Positions 47,735-57,561 of a stretch of DNA of 64,000 bases are shown here, one piece after another. The notes below the pieces were generated by a model. That model searched no databases. It was not told the DNA's origin and saw nothing but the letters and a program-made list of their open reading frames with translations. Location of the stretch: positions 5,024,001 to 5,088,000 of the forward strand of contig OZ244999.1 in the NCBI GenBank assembly GCA_965223265.1, written 5' to 3'. The position numbers were made by a program, and so were the translations under genes. The DNA comes from Planctomycetota bacterium (GTDB lineage Bacteria > Planctomycetota > UBA8108 > SXIK01). Every line of letters starts with the position of its first letter. The first letter of the stretch is position 1.

Positions 47735-48471
47735 TTGCGAGCCTCGACGATACGAACCGAAAAGAGCAGGAACAACGCTGCGAATGAAACGTAAAAGAAA
47801 ACGTAGCGCAGGTCCACGATCCCGCGCGTGTAGTCAGTGCTGAAGTGAGAGGTGTAGCTGACATACCGAATCAATCGAACGACCTCAGGATCATGCCGAA
47901 AGAGGGCGTACAACATCGACACCAGCGTCAGCAGCAAATTGCCGGTGAGCGCGAGGATCGCAGCGATGAGCTGATTGCGCGTGCCGGCAGACGTCAGCAG
48001 TCCAATCGAATTGGTCAAGAGACCCAACGAGAAGAGACCGATGTAGACGGCGATCACCGGCCCCCAATCAGGACTACCGAGGACCTCGAGTATGAAAAGG
48101 AGCGGCAGCATCGTCAACCAAACGAACATGTAGAACGTTTGCGCGGCGAAAAACTTGCCTAGGACGACTTCGACCTCACGCACCGGCGCAGTCATCAACA
48201 TCTCAAGGCTCCCGGTGCGTTTCTCCTCGGCAAACAGTCTCATGGTCAGAAGTGGCGAAAGAGGTAGGATCCAGATCAAGTTGAGACCAAAGAGACTCTC
48301 CACGATGAGAGTGATTTGCTGAGGCTGCCCCGCGTGATAGCGACAGTAGTACAAAAACAAGATGCCGTTCGTCAGCGCGAACAGAAAGAGAACCACGTAG
48401 GCCATCGGCGAGTAGAAGTAGGCACCGAACTCGCGGAGAAAGATGGATACCGAGTTTCTCACAAGCGTCAT
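47725..48471 (-). CDS. GldF-like ABC-2 permease
   Basis: REFGAYFYSP, TMRLFAEEKRTGSLEMLMTAP and RGIVDLR. Confidence 0.9.
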   Translation of the reverse strand: MTLVRNSVSIFLREFGAYFYSPMAYVVLFLFALTNGILFLYYCRYHAGQPQQITLIVESLFGLNLIWILPLSPLLTMRLFAEEKRTGSLEMLMTAPVREVEVVLGKFFAAQTFYMFVWLTMLPLLFILEVLGSPDWGPVIAVYIGLFSLGLLTNSIGLLTSAGTRNQLIAAILALTGNLLLTLVSMLYALFRHDPEVVRLIRYVSYTSHFSTDYTRGIVDLRYVFFYVSFAALFLLFSVRIVEARKWR

Positions 48472-48564
48472 AGGTGTGCGCGCCAGTCGGCGGCCTCGTC
48501 ACTTCTTCTTTTTTCTGAGCGGAAATTCGAGATCAATCTGTCGCGGCGCGACGGTTGTTTCCAA

Positions 48565-49506
48565 CTACGCCACGGCCTGCTCGATGATATCCACGAACAC
48601 GTCCTCGAGCGGGCGTTCTTCGCTGCGCAGTTCGCGCAGACTCCAGTCATGCTTGCGGACCGTCTCGAAGACAAACGGGCGAATGTCAAGGTCACCGCTG
48701 ACGTCGATGACGAAACGACGATACCCATCATCGACGTCAGCCGAGACTTCAACTCGGTGGATTCCGTCACCGTGCCGGAGAGCGGTTCTTGCGTCCTTCG
48801 CCGGCGCGGCGATCTCGGCGATGACACGCAGTGAGCTACCGAATCGTTTGCGGAGCCCAGAAGCCGCATCCCTAGCGACGATCGTGCCCTTGTTGATGAT
48901 CACAACGCTCGAACAGACCAGCTCGACCTCGCTGAGGATATGCGTCGACAGAACGACGGTCCGGTCTGCACCCACATTTTTCAGCAATTGACGGAACTGT
49001 CGCACTTGCTCGGGGTCAAGCCCGACGGTCGGTTCATCCAAGATGAGAACCTTCGGTTCCGCGAGAAGCGCGTCGGCAAGACCGACGCGCTGACGATATC
49101 CTCGCGAGAGCGTGCCGATGATCCGCCGCCCCACAGCCTCGATGTCTGTGGCGCGCAGCGCTTTCTCGATCAGCCGCCGGCGATCGCGCCGTGGGACCTG
49201 CTTAATGCGAGCTCGGAACTTCAGATACTCCGTCACGCGCATCTCCGGGTAAAGGGGGACGCCCTCCGGCAAGTATCCCATCGACTGCCGTACGCGTACG
49301 GACTCCGTGCGTACGTCAGCACCAGCGACGCGAACCGTGCCGCTGTCGCCAGGCAAAAAGCCCGTAATGATGCGCATCGTCGTCGATTTACCGGCGCCGT
49401 TCGGCCCGAGAAACCCGAGAATCTCCCCCTCCTGGACAGAAAAAGAAACCCGATCGAGCGCCTGCACACCACTGAACGACTTGGAAAGCTCGTGGACTTC
49501 AATCAA
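48565..49506 (-). CDS. GldA-like ABC transporter ATP-binding protein
   Basis: GPNGAGKST, LSRGYRQRVG, LDEPT and STH. Confidence 0.94.
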   Translation of the reverse strand: MIEVHELSKSFSGVQALDRVSFSVQEGEILGFLGPNGAGKSTTMRIITGFLPGDSGTVRVAGADVRTESVRVRQSMGYLPEGVPLYPEMRVTEYLKFRARIKQVPRRDRRRLIEKALRATDIEAVGRRIIGTLSRGYRQRVGLADALLAEPKVLILDEPTVGLDPEQVRQFRQLLKNVGADRTVVLSTHILSEVELVCSSVVIINKGTIVARDAASGLRKRFGSSLRVIAEIAAPAKDARTALRHGDGIHRVEVSADVDDGYRRFVIDVSGDLDIRPFVFETVRKHDWSLRELRSEERPLEDVFVDIIEQAVA

Positions 49507-49821
49507 CAGACGTCTCCATGGGCCGGTTTATCTCAAAGGGAGGAGGAGCCAATGGCTGTGAGCGACCATTGTAGAGAGCACGACGGCGTTTGCCAGACGC
49601 TAGGTAGCTGCACACGACTCTGAATGAGCCGGCCATTGACGGCCGCAGTAGCGGCAACTTGAGCAGGCATCCTGTCCAGACGAGAATCGAGCGGGCAACG
49701 TTGCATGGATTCGAAGGAGCCGCAGCGGCAGGTTGGTGAAAACGGGGCAGGGGCGGGTGGAAGAAGGTCAAGTGCGGCCTGAGCCATCTAACAGCCCAGG
49801 GAGAAGGACAAGGCGGGAGGT

Positions 49822-51273
49822 TCAATAGGAGCGGCGTTCGCGCGAGGAGGCGATGCCTTCAGCCTCGCGATACTTTGCGACTGTGCGGCGAGAGATGTGA
49901 ATCTGGTGCTGTTCGGCGAGAGTTCGCGCAATATCGATATCGCTGAGCGGCTGTTCCTTGCTCTCCTCGGCGATCATCTTTTTGATGCGCTCGATAATGC
50001 TGCCACGCGCCTCGGTGCTTCCATCGGACTTCGTTGCCCCTCCAGTGAAGAAAAACTTCATCGGATAGATTCCACGCGGCGTCTGCATGTATTTGTCGCT
50101 GATAGCGCGACTGATCGTCGAGACATGCACGCCGACACGTTCGGCAACTTCGACCATCTTGAGCGGCTTGAGGCGAGAGACACCGTGGTCGAGAAACCCA
50201 GCCTGGATCTCAACCAGTTCGTTCGCAATGCGCTGGAGCGTTGACTGACGTTGCCGGATCGCGGCCATGAGCCATTCGGCACCATCGATCTTCTTCTTCA
50301 GATACTTGCGGATCTCGGGGTCACTACGCTGCTTGTAGAGCGTGTGGTAGTGGGGACTGATACGGAGCCGAGGCAAGTAGTCCGCCTCCACGCGCACGAC
50401 ATACTTTCCCTCGACCTCCTCGACGATGACGTCGGGCTTGATGAACCGAGGCGTTTCGCCACCGAACAACAGCCCCGGCCTGGGGTTCAAACTGGCGATG
50501 TTCTCGGCGGCCACCTTGACCATATCGATCGTGACCCCAAGACTCTTCGCGATCTTCGGCAAACGGTTGTGCCCCAGATCGGCGAGGTGTTCCCGCACGA
50601 TTCGCTCTTCGAGAGGGTATTGCTGAGGATCCCGCCGAAGCTGCAGCAACAAGCATTCCTGGAGATCTCGTCCGCCGATTCCTGGAGGGTCGACTCCCTG
50701 GACGACGCGCAGTGCCCGCTCGAGATCTTCGAGGGAAGGCCGCGGCTCTTCAAGCGACGCGAAGATCTCATCGAGTGAATACATGAGGTAGCCGCGATTG
50801 TCGATGTTGTAGATGAAACTCCGACAAAGGTCCCTGATGCGGTCGAGTCCGGTTTCAGTACCTGCAAGTCGCGCCAACTCTTTGGTATCGAGGAGATCGA
50901 CCTGAGTCTCAAGGTGCTCTTGGAGAGACTCTGGACGCCCCTCAGTGTTGCTCAGTGCCTCCAGCTTGCCGTCTCTCTCGCCGGAATATGAACGCCGCGT
51001 CGACGCTTCCTCGCGAGCATAATCCGTCCAGCGCTCGAACCGCTCCTCGAAGTTGTCACCGCTGGGATCACGGTCCTCGAGCGACTCGCGCTCGGTGTCC
51101 TTTGGCGCCTCCGCAACCTCGAGTGCGACGTTGTTGCCCACTTCGGTCTCGATGCGCTCTTCCAGGTCGAGCGAGTTCAGGCACAGAATCTCCATCGACA
51201 TGTACATCTGCGGAGACAGTGTCTGAATCTGTTTGATGGTCTGCTGCTGAGAGAGACCAAGCTCCATTCTCAT
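49822..51273 (-). CDS. rpoN: RNA polymerase sigma-54 factor
   Basis: Gln-rich N-terminus, ECLLLQL, HVSTISRA HTH and RpoN box RRTVAKYRE. Confidence 0.96.
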   Translation of the reverse strand: MRMELGLSQQQTIKQIQTLSPQMYMSMEILCLNSLDLEERIETEVGNNVALEVAEAPKDTERESLEDRDPSGDNFEERFERWTDYAREEASTRRSYSGERDGKLEALSNTEGRPESLQEHLETQVDLLDTKELARLAGTETGLDRIRDLCRSFIYNIDNRGYLMYSLDEIFASLEEPRPSLEDLERALRVVQGVDPPGIGGRDLQECLLLQLRRDPQQYPLEERIVREHLADLGHNRLPKIAKSLGVTIDMVKVAAENIASLNPRPGLLFGGETPRFIKPDVIVEEVEGKYVVRVEADYLPRLRISPHYHTLYKQRSDPEIRKYLKKKIDGAEWLMAAIRQRQSTLQRIANELVEIQAGFLDHGVSRLKPLKMVEVAERVGVHVSTISRAISDKYMQTPRGIYPMKFFFTGGATKSDGSTEARGSIIERIKKMIAEESKEQPLSDIDIARTLAEQHQIHISRRTVAKYREAEGIASSRERRSY

Positions 51274-51347
51274 ACGCTGGAAGCCCTAACCGAAAGCCTG
51301 AGGTCGCGGACCCCACGGGGGATCCGACGCTTGAGACCGCAGGAATT

Positions 51348-51375
51348 AGTATAGCAGTGAAGCCCCCGTGGTCGA
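51348..51375 (-). promoter_or_regulatory. Putative extended -10 promoter of rpoN
   Basis: Minus strand TCGACC-16 bp-TATACT with TG at the extended -10 position. Confidence 0.45.
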
Positions 51376-51471
51376 CAAGGCACTATGCCTAAGTTTATCC
51401 AATTAAACAGCTTACAACAAAGGCCGAGGCGTCACCAAGGGCCAAACGAGCCTCATTTATAAGCAAATTCC

Positions 51472-53124
51472 TTACCGTGCGACGGTTTTTTCCGTCCGTG
51501 CCGGGCGCCGACGCACCGTTCGCAGGCCGCCGCGCAGCACCGAAAGACAGAGCAGAGCAGGGGCAAACCAGTGTCCCCCGGCACCATACAGCGTCGGCAT
51601 TCGCCCCGGCCGCACCTCTTTGACCACGACCTCGCGCGACAAGATGTTCTCGCCCTGGTCGAATCGTCCACTAGCATGCACCACTCCCGACGGCCCTACG
51701 TTGGTGCAGCGCACCAAAGGTGTCCGATTCTCCACCACCCGCAACTGCAACACCGCGGCGTGCTGCGGAATGTGAGCCGTGAGCCCGTACCAGATGTCCT
51801 CCGTGATGTTGACCATGAAATCTACGCCGCGAGAATTCTGGCGGACGAACTCCGGCAGAATGGCTTCATAGCAAATGAGACTGCGAAATTGCGAATCCCC
51901 CAGCTTCAGCCGCGAGTTCTTCTCGCCGGCGGCGATCGTGCCGACGGGAATGTCAAAACGCTCGAGGACAGACTCCGGCAACAAGGTCGCAAACGGTATC
52001 ACCTCCCCGAATGGCACGCGCACGATCTTTTCATAAAACTCCGGTGTGCGCCCAGGGACGAGGTAGACGGCGACATTGGAGAGAGGTAGTTTGCGTCCAG
52101 CAACAAACCCGGTGCCGCCGGCGAACAGCGGGACCCCAACGTCGGGCCGCTCCACCCCAAAGCTCCGAAACCCCAACCATGGATCCGCCCCCGCAGTCAG
52201 GTTGAAGACCGCGTCGTCCCGAATCCCTTGGCCGACTCGTCGCGCCTGAGAGATGGCGCCTTCCGGCCAGACCACGAGGTCAACCTCGCCGTCGCTCAGG
52301 TCGGTCAGCGTCTTCTGGGTGAGTCGCCGGTAGGTTTCGAGACCGGCCGCCAACCGCTCACCAAATCCAAGTGCGCCCTGAAGAAGCAGGACGCGAATCG
52401 GCTCGCGAGACTGCTCAAACCGCTGCACCTGCTGCAGACGGATCGACCCGTAGACGTTGGCGAACACAAGCGCGACGATCCACGTGGCGACGCTCTTCCA
52501 CGGCAGCGGCAGGCGCCGGTGACGCGCCCGCCAAACGAGAAAGAGAACCACGTTCGTCAGCAACATGAGCGCCGTCAAACCACTCGCCCCGAAGAGATCA
52601 GCACACTGCAGGAGAGTCTCCCGTGGCGCCAAGGCGACACCGAAATGCCACGTCCAGAGGCGCGGAAAGTAGTGCTCGACGCCGACCCAAAAGGGCACGA
52701 CCCACAGAATCGAGGTTGCGCCCCGGCAGCGCCCCAGTACCCCCCCTAAAAGAATCCACGGCAACATCGAATACGTCAGCCAGAAGAGAAAAGCCACGAC
52801 CGCAAGCACGCGGGGCATCTCCGTGAAGACGCGGGCGGCGTGATAGATCCAGATGAAGCCGCCCGCTTCGATCGCACAGCCGAGCGCGGCGCCGAGCAGG
52901 ATTCCGCTCCACCCTCCCCGGCCTGCGGCTGCAACGAGAAACGGCACCAGCGCGAACCATGCGAGGACGTCGAGGTGCCACGCGCCGCCGTACTGCGGAA
53001 ACGCGAGCACGAAGAGCAGGCTCGAGAGGAGCGTCGCCGCGGCCTGGCCGCGAGAGACTGTGGCGACGGGCATCCCTGGAACCGAAGCGGACTCCGCCTC
53101 CCCGCGGCGGCGCGCTGACGACAT
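51472..53124 (-). CDS. lnt: Apolipoprotein N-acyltransferase
   Basis: TM N-terminal half and nitrilase triad motifs WPEG, K..VPFGE and ICYE. Confidence 0.9.
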   Translation of the reverse strand: MSSARRRGEAESASVPGMPVATVSRGQAAATLLSSLLFVLAFPQYGGAWHLDVLAWFALVPFLVAAAGRGGWSGILLGAALGCAIEAGGFIWIYHAARVFTEMPRVLAVVAFLFWLTYSMLPWILLGGVLGRCRGATSILWVVPFWVGVEHYFPRLWTWHFGVALAPRETLLQCADLFGASGLTALMLLTNVVLFLVWRARHRRLPLPWKSVATWIVALVFANVYGSIRLQQVQRFEQSREPIRVLLLQGALGFGERLAAGLETYRRLTQKTLTDLSDGEVDLVVWPEGAISQARRVGQGIRDDAVFNLTAGADPWLGFRSFGVERPDVGVPLFAGGTGFVAGRKLPLSNVAVYLVPGRTPEFYEKIVRVPFGEVIPFATLLPESVLERFDIPVGTIAAGEKNSRLKLGDSQFRSLICYEAILPEFVRQNSRGVDFMVNITEDIWYGLTAHIPQHAAVLQLRVVENRTPLVRCTNVGPSGVVHASGRFDQGENILSREVVVKEVRPGRMPTLYGAGGHWFAPALLCLSVLRGGLRTVRRRPARTEKTVAR

Positions 53125-53606
53125 TCAGCGTCTCCCCTTGAATGCGCAGCGCTCGGGCAGACGAGCGAGGCTCCTCATTCGTCGTTCGCTCAGCTCGGCA
53201 GTCGGCCGGGCCGAACAAGCGCGCAAGCGCCGTCGCGGCGATGAGCGATGCTCCCCAGTGGCCGATAATCTGCGCCGTTTCGCGGCCTGTGCCGGCCGCA
53301 GCTCAACGTCGAATTCCAACATGTTGCTGGCGTATAGATGACCGGTGATCGTCATAAATCAAGGCACTACACCCTCTTTTCTTGATTTCTCGACAACAAG
53401 ACGGTAGGTAGACCCGAATACCGCGTGCGCTGGCGAGAGGAAATACCGAGCGTGCGCGTGGACTGAGCCTGTGCAGCCTTCTCTCTGTGAGGTCAACGCC
53501 CACGCGCCCCGGCAGGGGGACCCTGGAACCTTGCCACCGGACTGACGCGACAGCGCCGCGGAGCGCGTCCGACGGCCCTGGCTGAAGAGAACGATTGAAG
53601 AGACTC

Positions 53607-56600
53607 ATGCGGTACACATTCTGCGTCGCGTTCCTCGCTCTTGCCGTCGGCTCAGGCGCCGCCGCGCAGGAGGAAGGCGGCGACGAGGCAGCGAGCGGCG
53701 CTGCAGAGACTCCGTCGCCCCCGGAATCGCCAGCGGACGAAGCTGCGAGCGTCGACCCGGTCGCTCCCGACAACGTGCCGACAAGTGAAATCCCTCGCGA
53801 TACGTACGAGCCGATCGGCCCACAGCTGTTTCCGGTCTACTGGCGGACCTATCGTACGGTCGACGAGACGACGATTCTCAGCGTGCTCTACGTCTTTCGC
53901 ACGACGTCCAGAAAGGACGGGAGCTATTCGACTCTACTCGCCCCGATTTTCTACTCCGATCGACGCGTCGAGCCGCCGGGAACGCGAATGTACCTCTTTC
54001 CGCTCCTCTACTTCAGCGGCGAAGACGACGACGCGTCGTTTCGCGTCTCGCTGCCGTTTTACTACGATTTTCAGCGAGCGGAATCGGGTTTTCGATATCT
54101 GTTTCCGCTTTGGATGCAGACCGCGACAGACGAGCGCAAGTTGACACGTGACCACGTCCTCTTCCCGCTCTACCGATTGACGCACGATCTACGCGACGCC
54201 GAGGAACCCGTGGTGCGTTCGCGCTTGGGAATCTGGAAGATCCTCGAGCTGTGGGAGTCGCGGTCTTCGGAGACGCAGACGGATGTCGCCAGTCTCACGC
54301 TCTTCAACTGGGGCGAAGAGGCGCAGTGGCCCGTCTCGCTCTTTCGCTCCTCGTGGGAACAGGAAGGAGAGTCGACGAACGGATTCACGTACCTCTTCCC
54401 TCTCTACTGGCATCGTGAGCGAATTCATGCGTCAGACCTCGCCATCCTGCCGCTCTTCGGACAATTCTCCGGCGGCGGACGCAGCGACCTCTTTCTCTTT
54501 CCGCTGTTGTCGCGATTCGGCGGCGGACCCGGACCAGAGAGTCGCGCCGACGTTCTCTTCCCGCTGTTCAGTTACCGCAGTGCTCCTGAATCTCTCTGGG
54601 TGGGTGTTTTGACCCCCATCTTCTCGTATTCGCGCCGGCACGAGAGTTTCTCCGTGGCAACTCGCCCGTTCTACTCGTACATGCGTTCCAATGAAGAGAT
54701 GCCGTGGTTCTCGCGACTCGGGGTCTACAGCCAAAGCTATACGCCGGCGACGGACAAACGCGCCTACTCTGTGCTCTTTCCACTCGTATACCACAACGTT
54801 GAGCCTGACGATTCGGCTGGCAACCGCTGGTTTTTCCCGTACTACGAGACCTTCAACGAAACTCGTGGATGGCGATTTCTGTTACCCCTCTACCTGCAAT
54901 GGCGGGCACGCGCCGGCGGCACCACAGACCGGTTCTTCAGCTACGGCCTGCCAACGTATTTTGCGTGGGGCAATCCAGATGACTACTTCGCTTTTGCTTT
55001 CCCGCTTTACTGGGCAGATCACGAGGGTAAGAGAGGCTGGCGAGTCCTCGCGCCTCTTTACTACGATTTCTACTCGGCGACGTCGCGCGGGCTCTACGCT
55101 CTGCCCTTGTTCGTTTGGCGAGATCTGCCGTCGCGAAATCAGCTAGCGATCGCATGGCCGGCCTACGTCTACCAGAAGTTCTTCGGACTCGACGGTGAAC
55201 CAACCGGTAGTTCGCACAGCCTCCTATGGCCGCTCACCAAGGTGGAGTCGCGAACGGACGGCTATGACTACCGCCTCTTGCCGCTCTTTTGGTTCTCCCG
55301 TCAAGGAGACTACCGCGGCATGCTGTTGTCGCCGCTCTACTTCCAGCAAGATGGGCCACGGGGAACGCACAGATACTTCATTCCGTTCTACGGTCGCCAT
55401 GAGACGGCCGGCGTCACGACAGACTACTACGCTGCGGGCACAGTGATTCGAAGCGAAGAAAAGAGCGACGCGGGAGAGGTCCAGCGGTCGAAACTTGACC
55501 TGCTTTGGTCGCTTGCAAGCTTCGAGGACGACTATGTCACTGGCGGTGGACACACGCACTTTCTTCCGATCGGCTATTGGAACACACGTTCACCGCAGAC
55601 CGACCGTACGATCCTGGGACCGCTGCACTACTCGCACCGAATCATTGAGGAAGAGAAAGAGCACAATCTGTCGCTCTTCTTGGGCAATCTCTTCTTTTCG
55701 AAGACGGTGACCGCACCGGCGCCGCCGGCCCCATCGGCGCCCGAAGGAGAAGATGAGGTCCAAGTCGACCAGCCAATCGGCGCCGGACGACCAAACTCCG
55801 GGCGCGGCGGGCGCGGCGGACTCACCGTGCCCGCAGTCAGCCGAGATCGAGACCTGGCAACACCAAGCTGGCAGGACGCCTCCATGGCGTCACGTGCTGC
55901 TGCAGCTGACTCACCGCTCTTCCCGCTCCAGGTGCCGAGTGGCGAGCCGGCCTCCCCGCCTTTGGATTCGACCGCTCCCGATCTCGACAGAGCTACCGCC
56001 GTCGTCCAAAACCTTGGCGCGCCGCCGCAAGTCGAGCGCCAGGAAGTCTGGCGCGATCGAGGGGTCTTGTGGCCACTCTCGCGGTGGTACCAGTCGGCCG
56101 ACGGCGATCGTGGCGCATGGGTGATACCCTTCTACTTTGACACCGAAGACGAATTCACCAAGACCGACGCACTCTTTCCGCTCTATTTCCGACAGAAGCA
56201 AGAGCGCAAGTACGACCTCAGTTTCTTTCGATATTTTTTCCTCTACAACCACGAGACATGGCTCGGTGGCAATCGGACAACCGTCGGCCAGCTCTTGTTC
56301 GACTGGTTCGCCGATGAAGTGAGTCAAACGTTTCGCCTGCGGCTTCTCTATCCCATCGTCGAATTCGAGACCAACCGCGAAGGGTTTAGTTTCGAATTCA
56401 CTCCGGCATGCCGCTTCGAGCAGCGACTGGTTGGCGGCGAACTGGTCAAAACGAACCGCTTCTTTCCGTTCTATTGGCAAGGATCGACCGAGCGACTTCA
56501 GGAAGGCGACGGTGACGCCGAGTCACGCTGGCAAACCGACCGCAGCCATTTCTTCCTCTTCCCTTTGTTCGGCTACAGCTCTCGGAGCACACGAACCGAC

Positions 56601-57353
56601 TACCACGTCGTTTTCCCTCTGTTTCACCTGCAAGATTCGCAGGACGCGCTCAGGTTCGAAGTGTGGCCGTCGATCTTCTACCGCGACGAACCAAGCCTTT
56701 TCGGATTGCGCCTCTGGCCGCTACACGCCGACGAGACGGGCGAAGTTGCAGGCGAGTTTTGGGTTTCGCGATACTTATTCTTCTCAAAGCGGTTCGTCAG
56801 TACCGACGGCGTGTCCTACCGTTTCGATCCGTTTCTCTTCCGGTACGGTTCGGGTCCGGAGAGTTTCGGCATCGGGGCGCTGTTCGAAATGATGGCCTAC
56901 GATCGCGACGGATCCGACTGGTCTTTTCATGCCCTGCCCTTCGCTTTCGGGAGTCGCGATGGGGACCAAGCGACGTGGGGTATGATCCCGCTTTACTATT
57001 CACAAGATTTCGGCGCCAACGTCATCGATCACGCCGTACCGTGGCGTTTTTTCTTCCCCGTCAATCATCTCTACAACGCCGCGGGCGAGCACCACACGTC
57101 CATCCTGTGGTTCCTCTATGATCAGACAACAAACCCGACGCGACCGGACTACCACGAACGCAGCGTGCTGAAAGGTCTCTTTCTCGATCGCAGCACGGAG
57201 ACCTCACGCCAATTCTCAATTCAGCCGTTCTATTCGTACTTTCGCGACGACGCCACCGACGAGACCGATGTCTGGTACTTCCTCTACTTCTACCGTTACC
57301 ATAAAGAGCACGGAGAAGAGAAGCGAAGGATCTTCTGGTTCATTCCGTTTTGA
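53607..57353 (+). CDS. Large secreted protein with ~40 Phi-Phi-P-Phi-aromatic (LFPLY-like) repeats
   Basis: Signal peptide (..GAAA-Q), regularly spaced LFPLY/LWPL/FIPFY motifs and C-terminal RIFWFIPF. Confidence 0.85.
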   Translation: MRYTFCVAFLALAVGSGAAAQEEGGDEAASGAAETPSPPESPADEAASVDPVAPDNVPTSEIPRDTYEPIGPQLFPVYWRTYRTVDETTILSVLYVFRTTSRKDGSYSTLLAPIFYSDRRVEPPGTRMYLFPLLYFSGEDDDASFRVSLPFYYDFQRAESGFRYLFPLWMQTATDERKLTRDHVLFPLYRLTHDLRDAEEPVVRSRLGIWKILELWESRSSETQTDVASLTLFNWGEEAQWPVSLFRSSWEQEGESTNGFTYLFPLYWHRERIHASDLAILPLFGQFSGGGRSDLFLFPLLSRFGGGPGPESRADVLFPLFSYRSAPESLWVGVLTPIFSYSRRHESFSVATRPFYSYMRSNEEMPWFSRLGVYSQSYTPATDKRAYSVLFPLVYHNVEPDDSAGNRWFFPYYETFNETRGWRFLLPLYLQWRARAGGTTDRFFSYGLPTYFAWGNPDDYFAFAFPLYWADHEGKRGWRVLAPLYYDFYSATSRGLYALPLFVWRDLPSRNQLAIAWPAYVYQKFFGLDGEPTGSSHSLLWPLTKVESRTDGYDYRLLPLFWFSRQGDYRGMLLSPLYFQQDGPRGTHRYFIPFYGRHETAGVTTDYYAAGTVIRSEEKSDAGEVQRSKLDLLWSLASFEDDYVTGGGHTHFLPIGYWNTRSPQTDRTILGPLHYSHRIIEEEKEHNLSLFLGNLFFSKTVTAPAPPAPSAPEGEDEVQVDQPIGAGRPNSGRGGRGGLTVPAVSRDRDLATPSWQDASMASRAAAADSPLFPLQVPSGEPASPPLDSTAPDLDRATAVVQNLGAPPQVERQEVWRDRGVLWPLSRWYQSADGDRGAWVIPFYFDTEDEFTKTDALFPLYFRQKQERKYDLSFFRYFFLYNHETWLGGNRTTVGQLLFDWFADEVSQTFRLRLLYPIVEFETNREGFSFEFTPACRFEQRLVGGELVKTNRFFPFYWQGSTERLQEGDGDAESRWQTDRSHFFLFPLFGYSSRSTRTDYHVVFPLFHLQDSQDALRFEVWPSIFYRDEPSLFGLRLWPLHADETGEVAGEFWVSRYLFFSKRFVSTDGVSYRFDPFLFRYGSGPESFGIGALFEMMAYDRDGSDWSFHALPFAFGSRDGDQATWGMIPLYYSQDFGANVIDHAVPWRFFFPVNHLYNAAGEHHTSILWFLYDQTTNPTRPDYHERSVLKGLFLDRSTETSRQFSIQPFYSYFRDDATDETDVWYFLYFYRYHKEHGEEKRRIFWFIPF

Positions 57354-57561
57354 GCCGCGGTCAGCGCTCGAAACACTGAAGCACCGACGCGCAGCGATTT
57401 CGATCCTACCGTGACCATTCTTGCGTCTGTCCCACCGTACTGGTATGCGATCGTAGCGATCGTGATTGCGACGCCACTCTACTTCCTGATCACGCGTCCG
57501 CGCCGCCGCAAACATGACTCGAAGTGGAAAGGCTGAGTAGATTCGGAGATCAGGCTCACCG

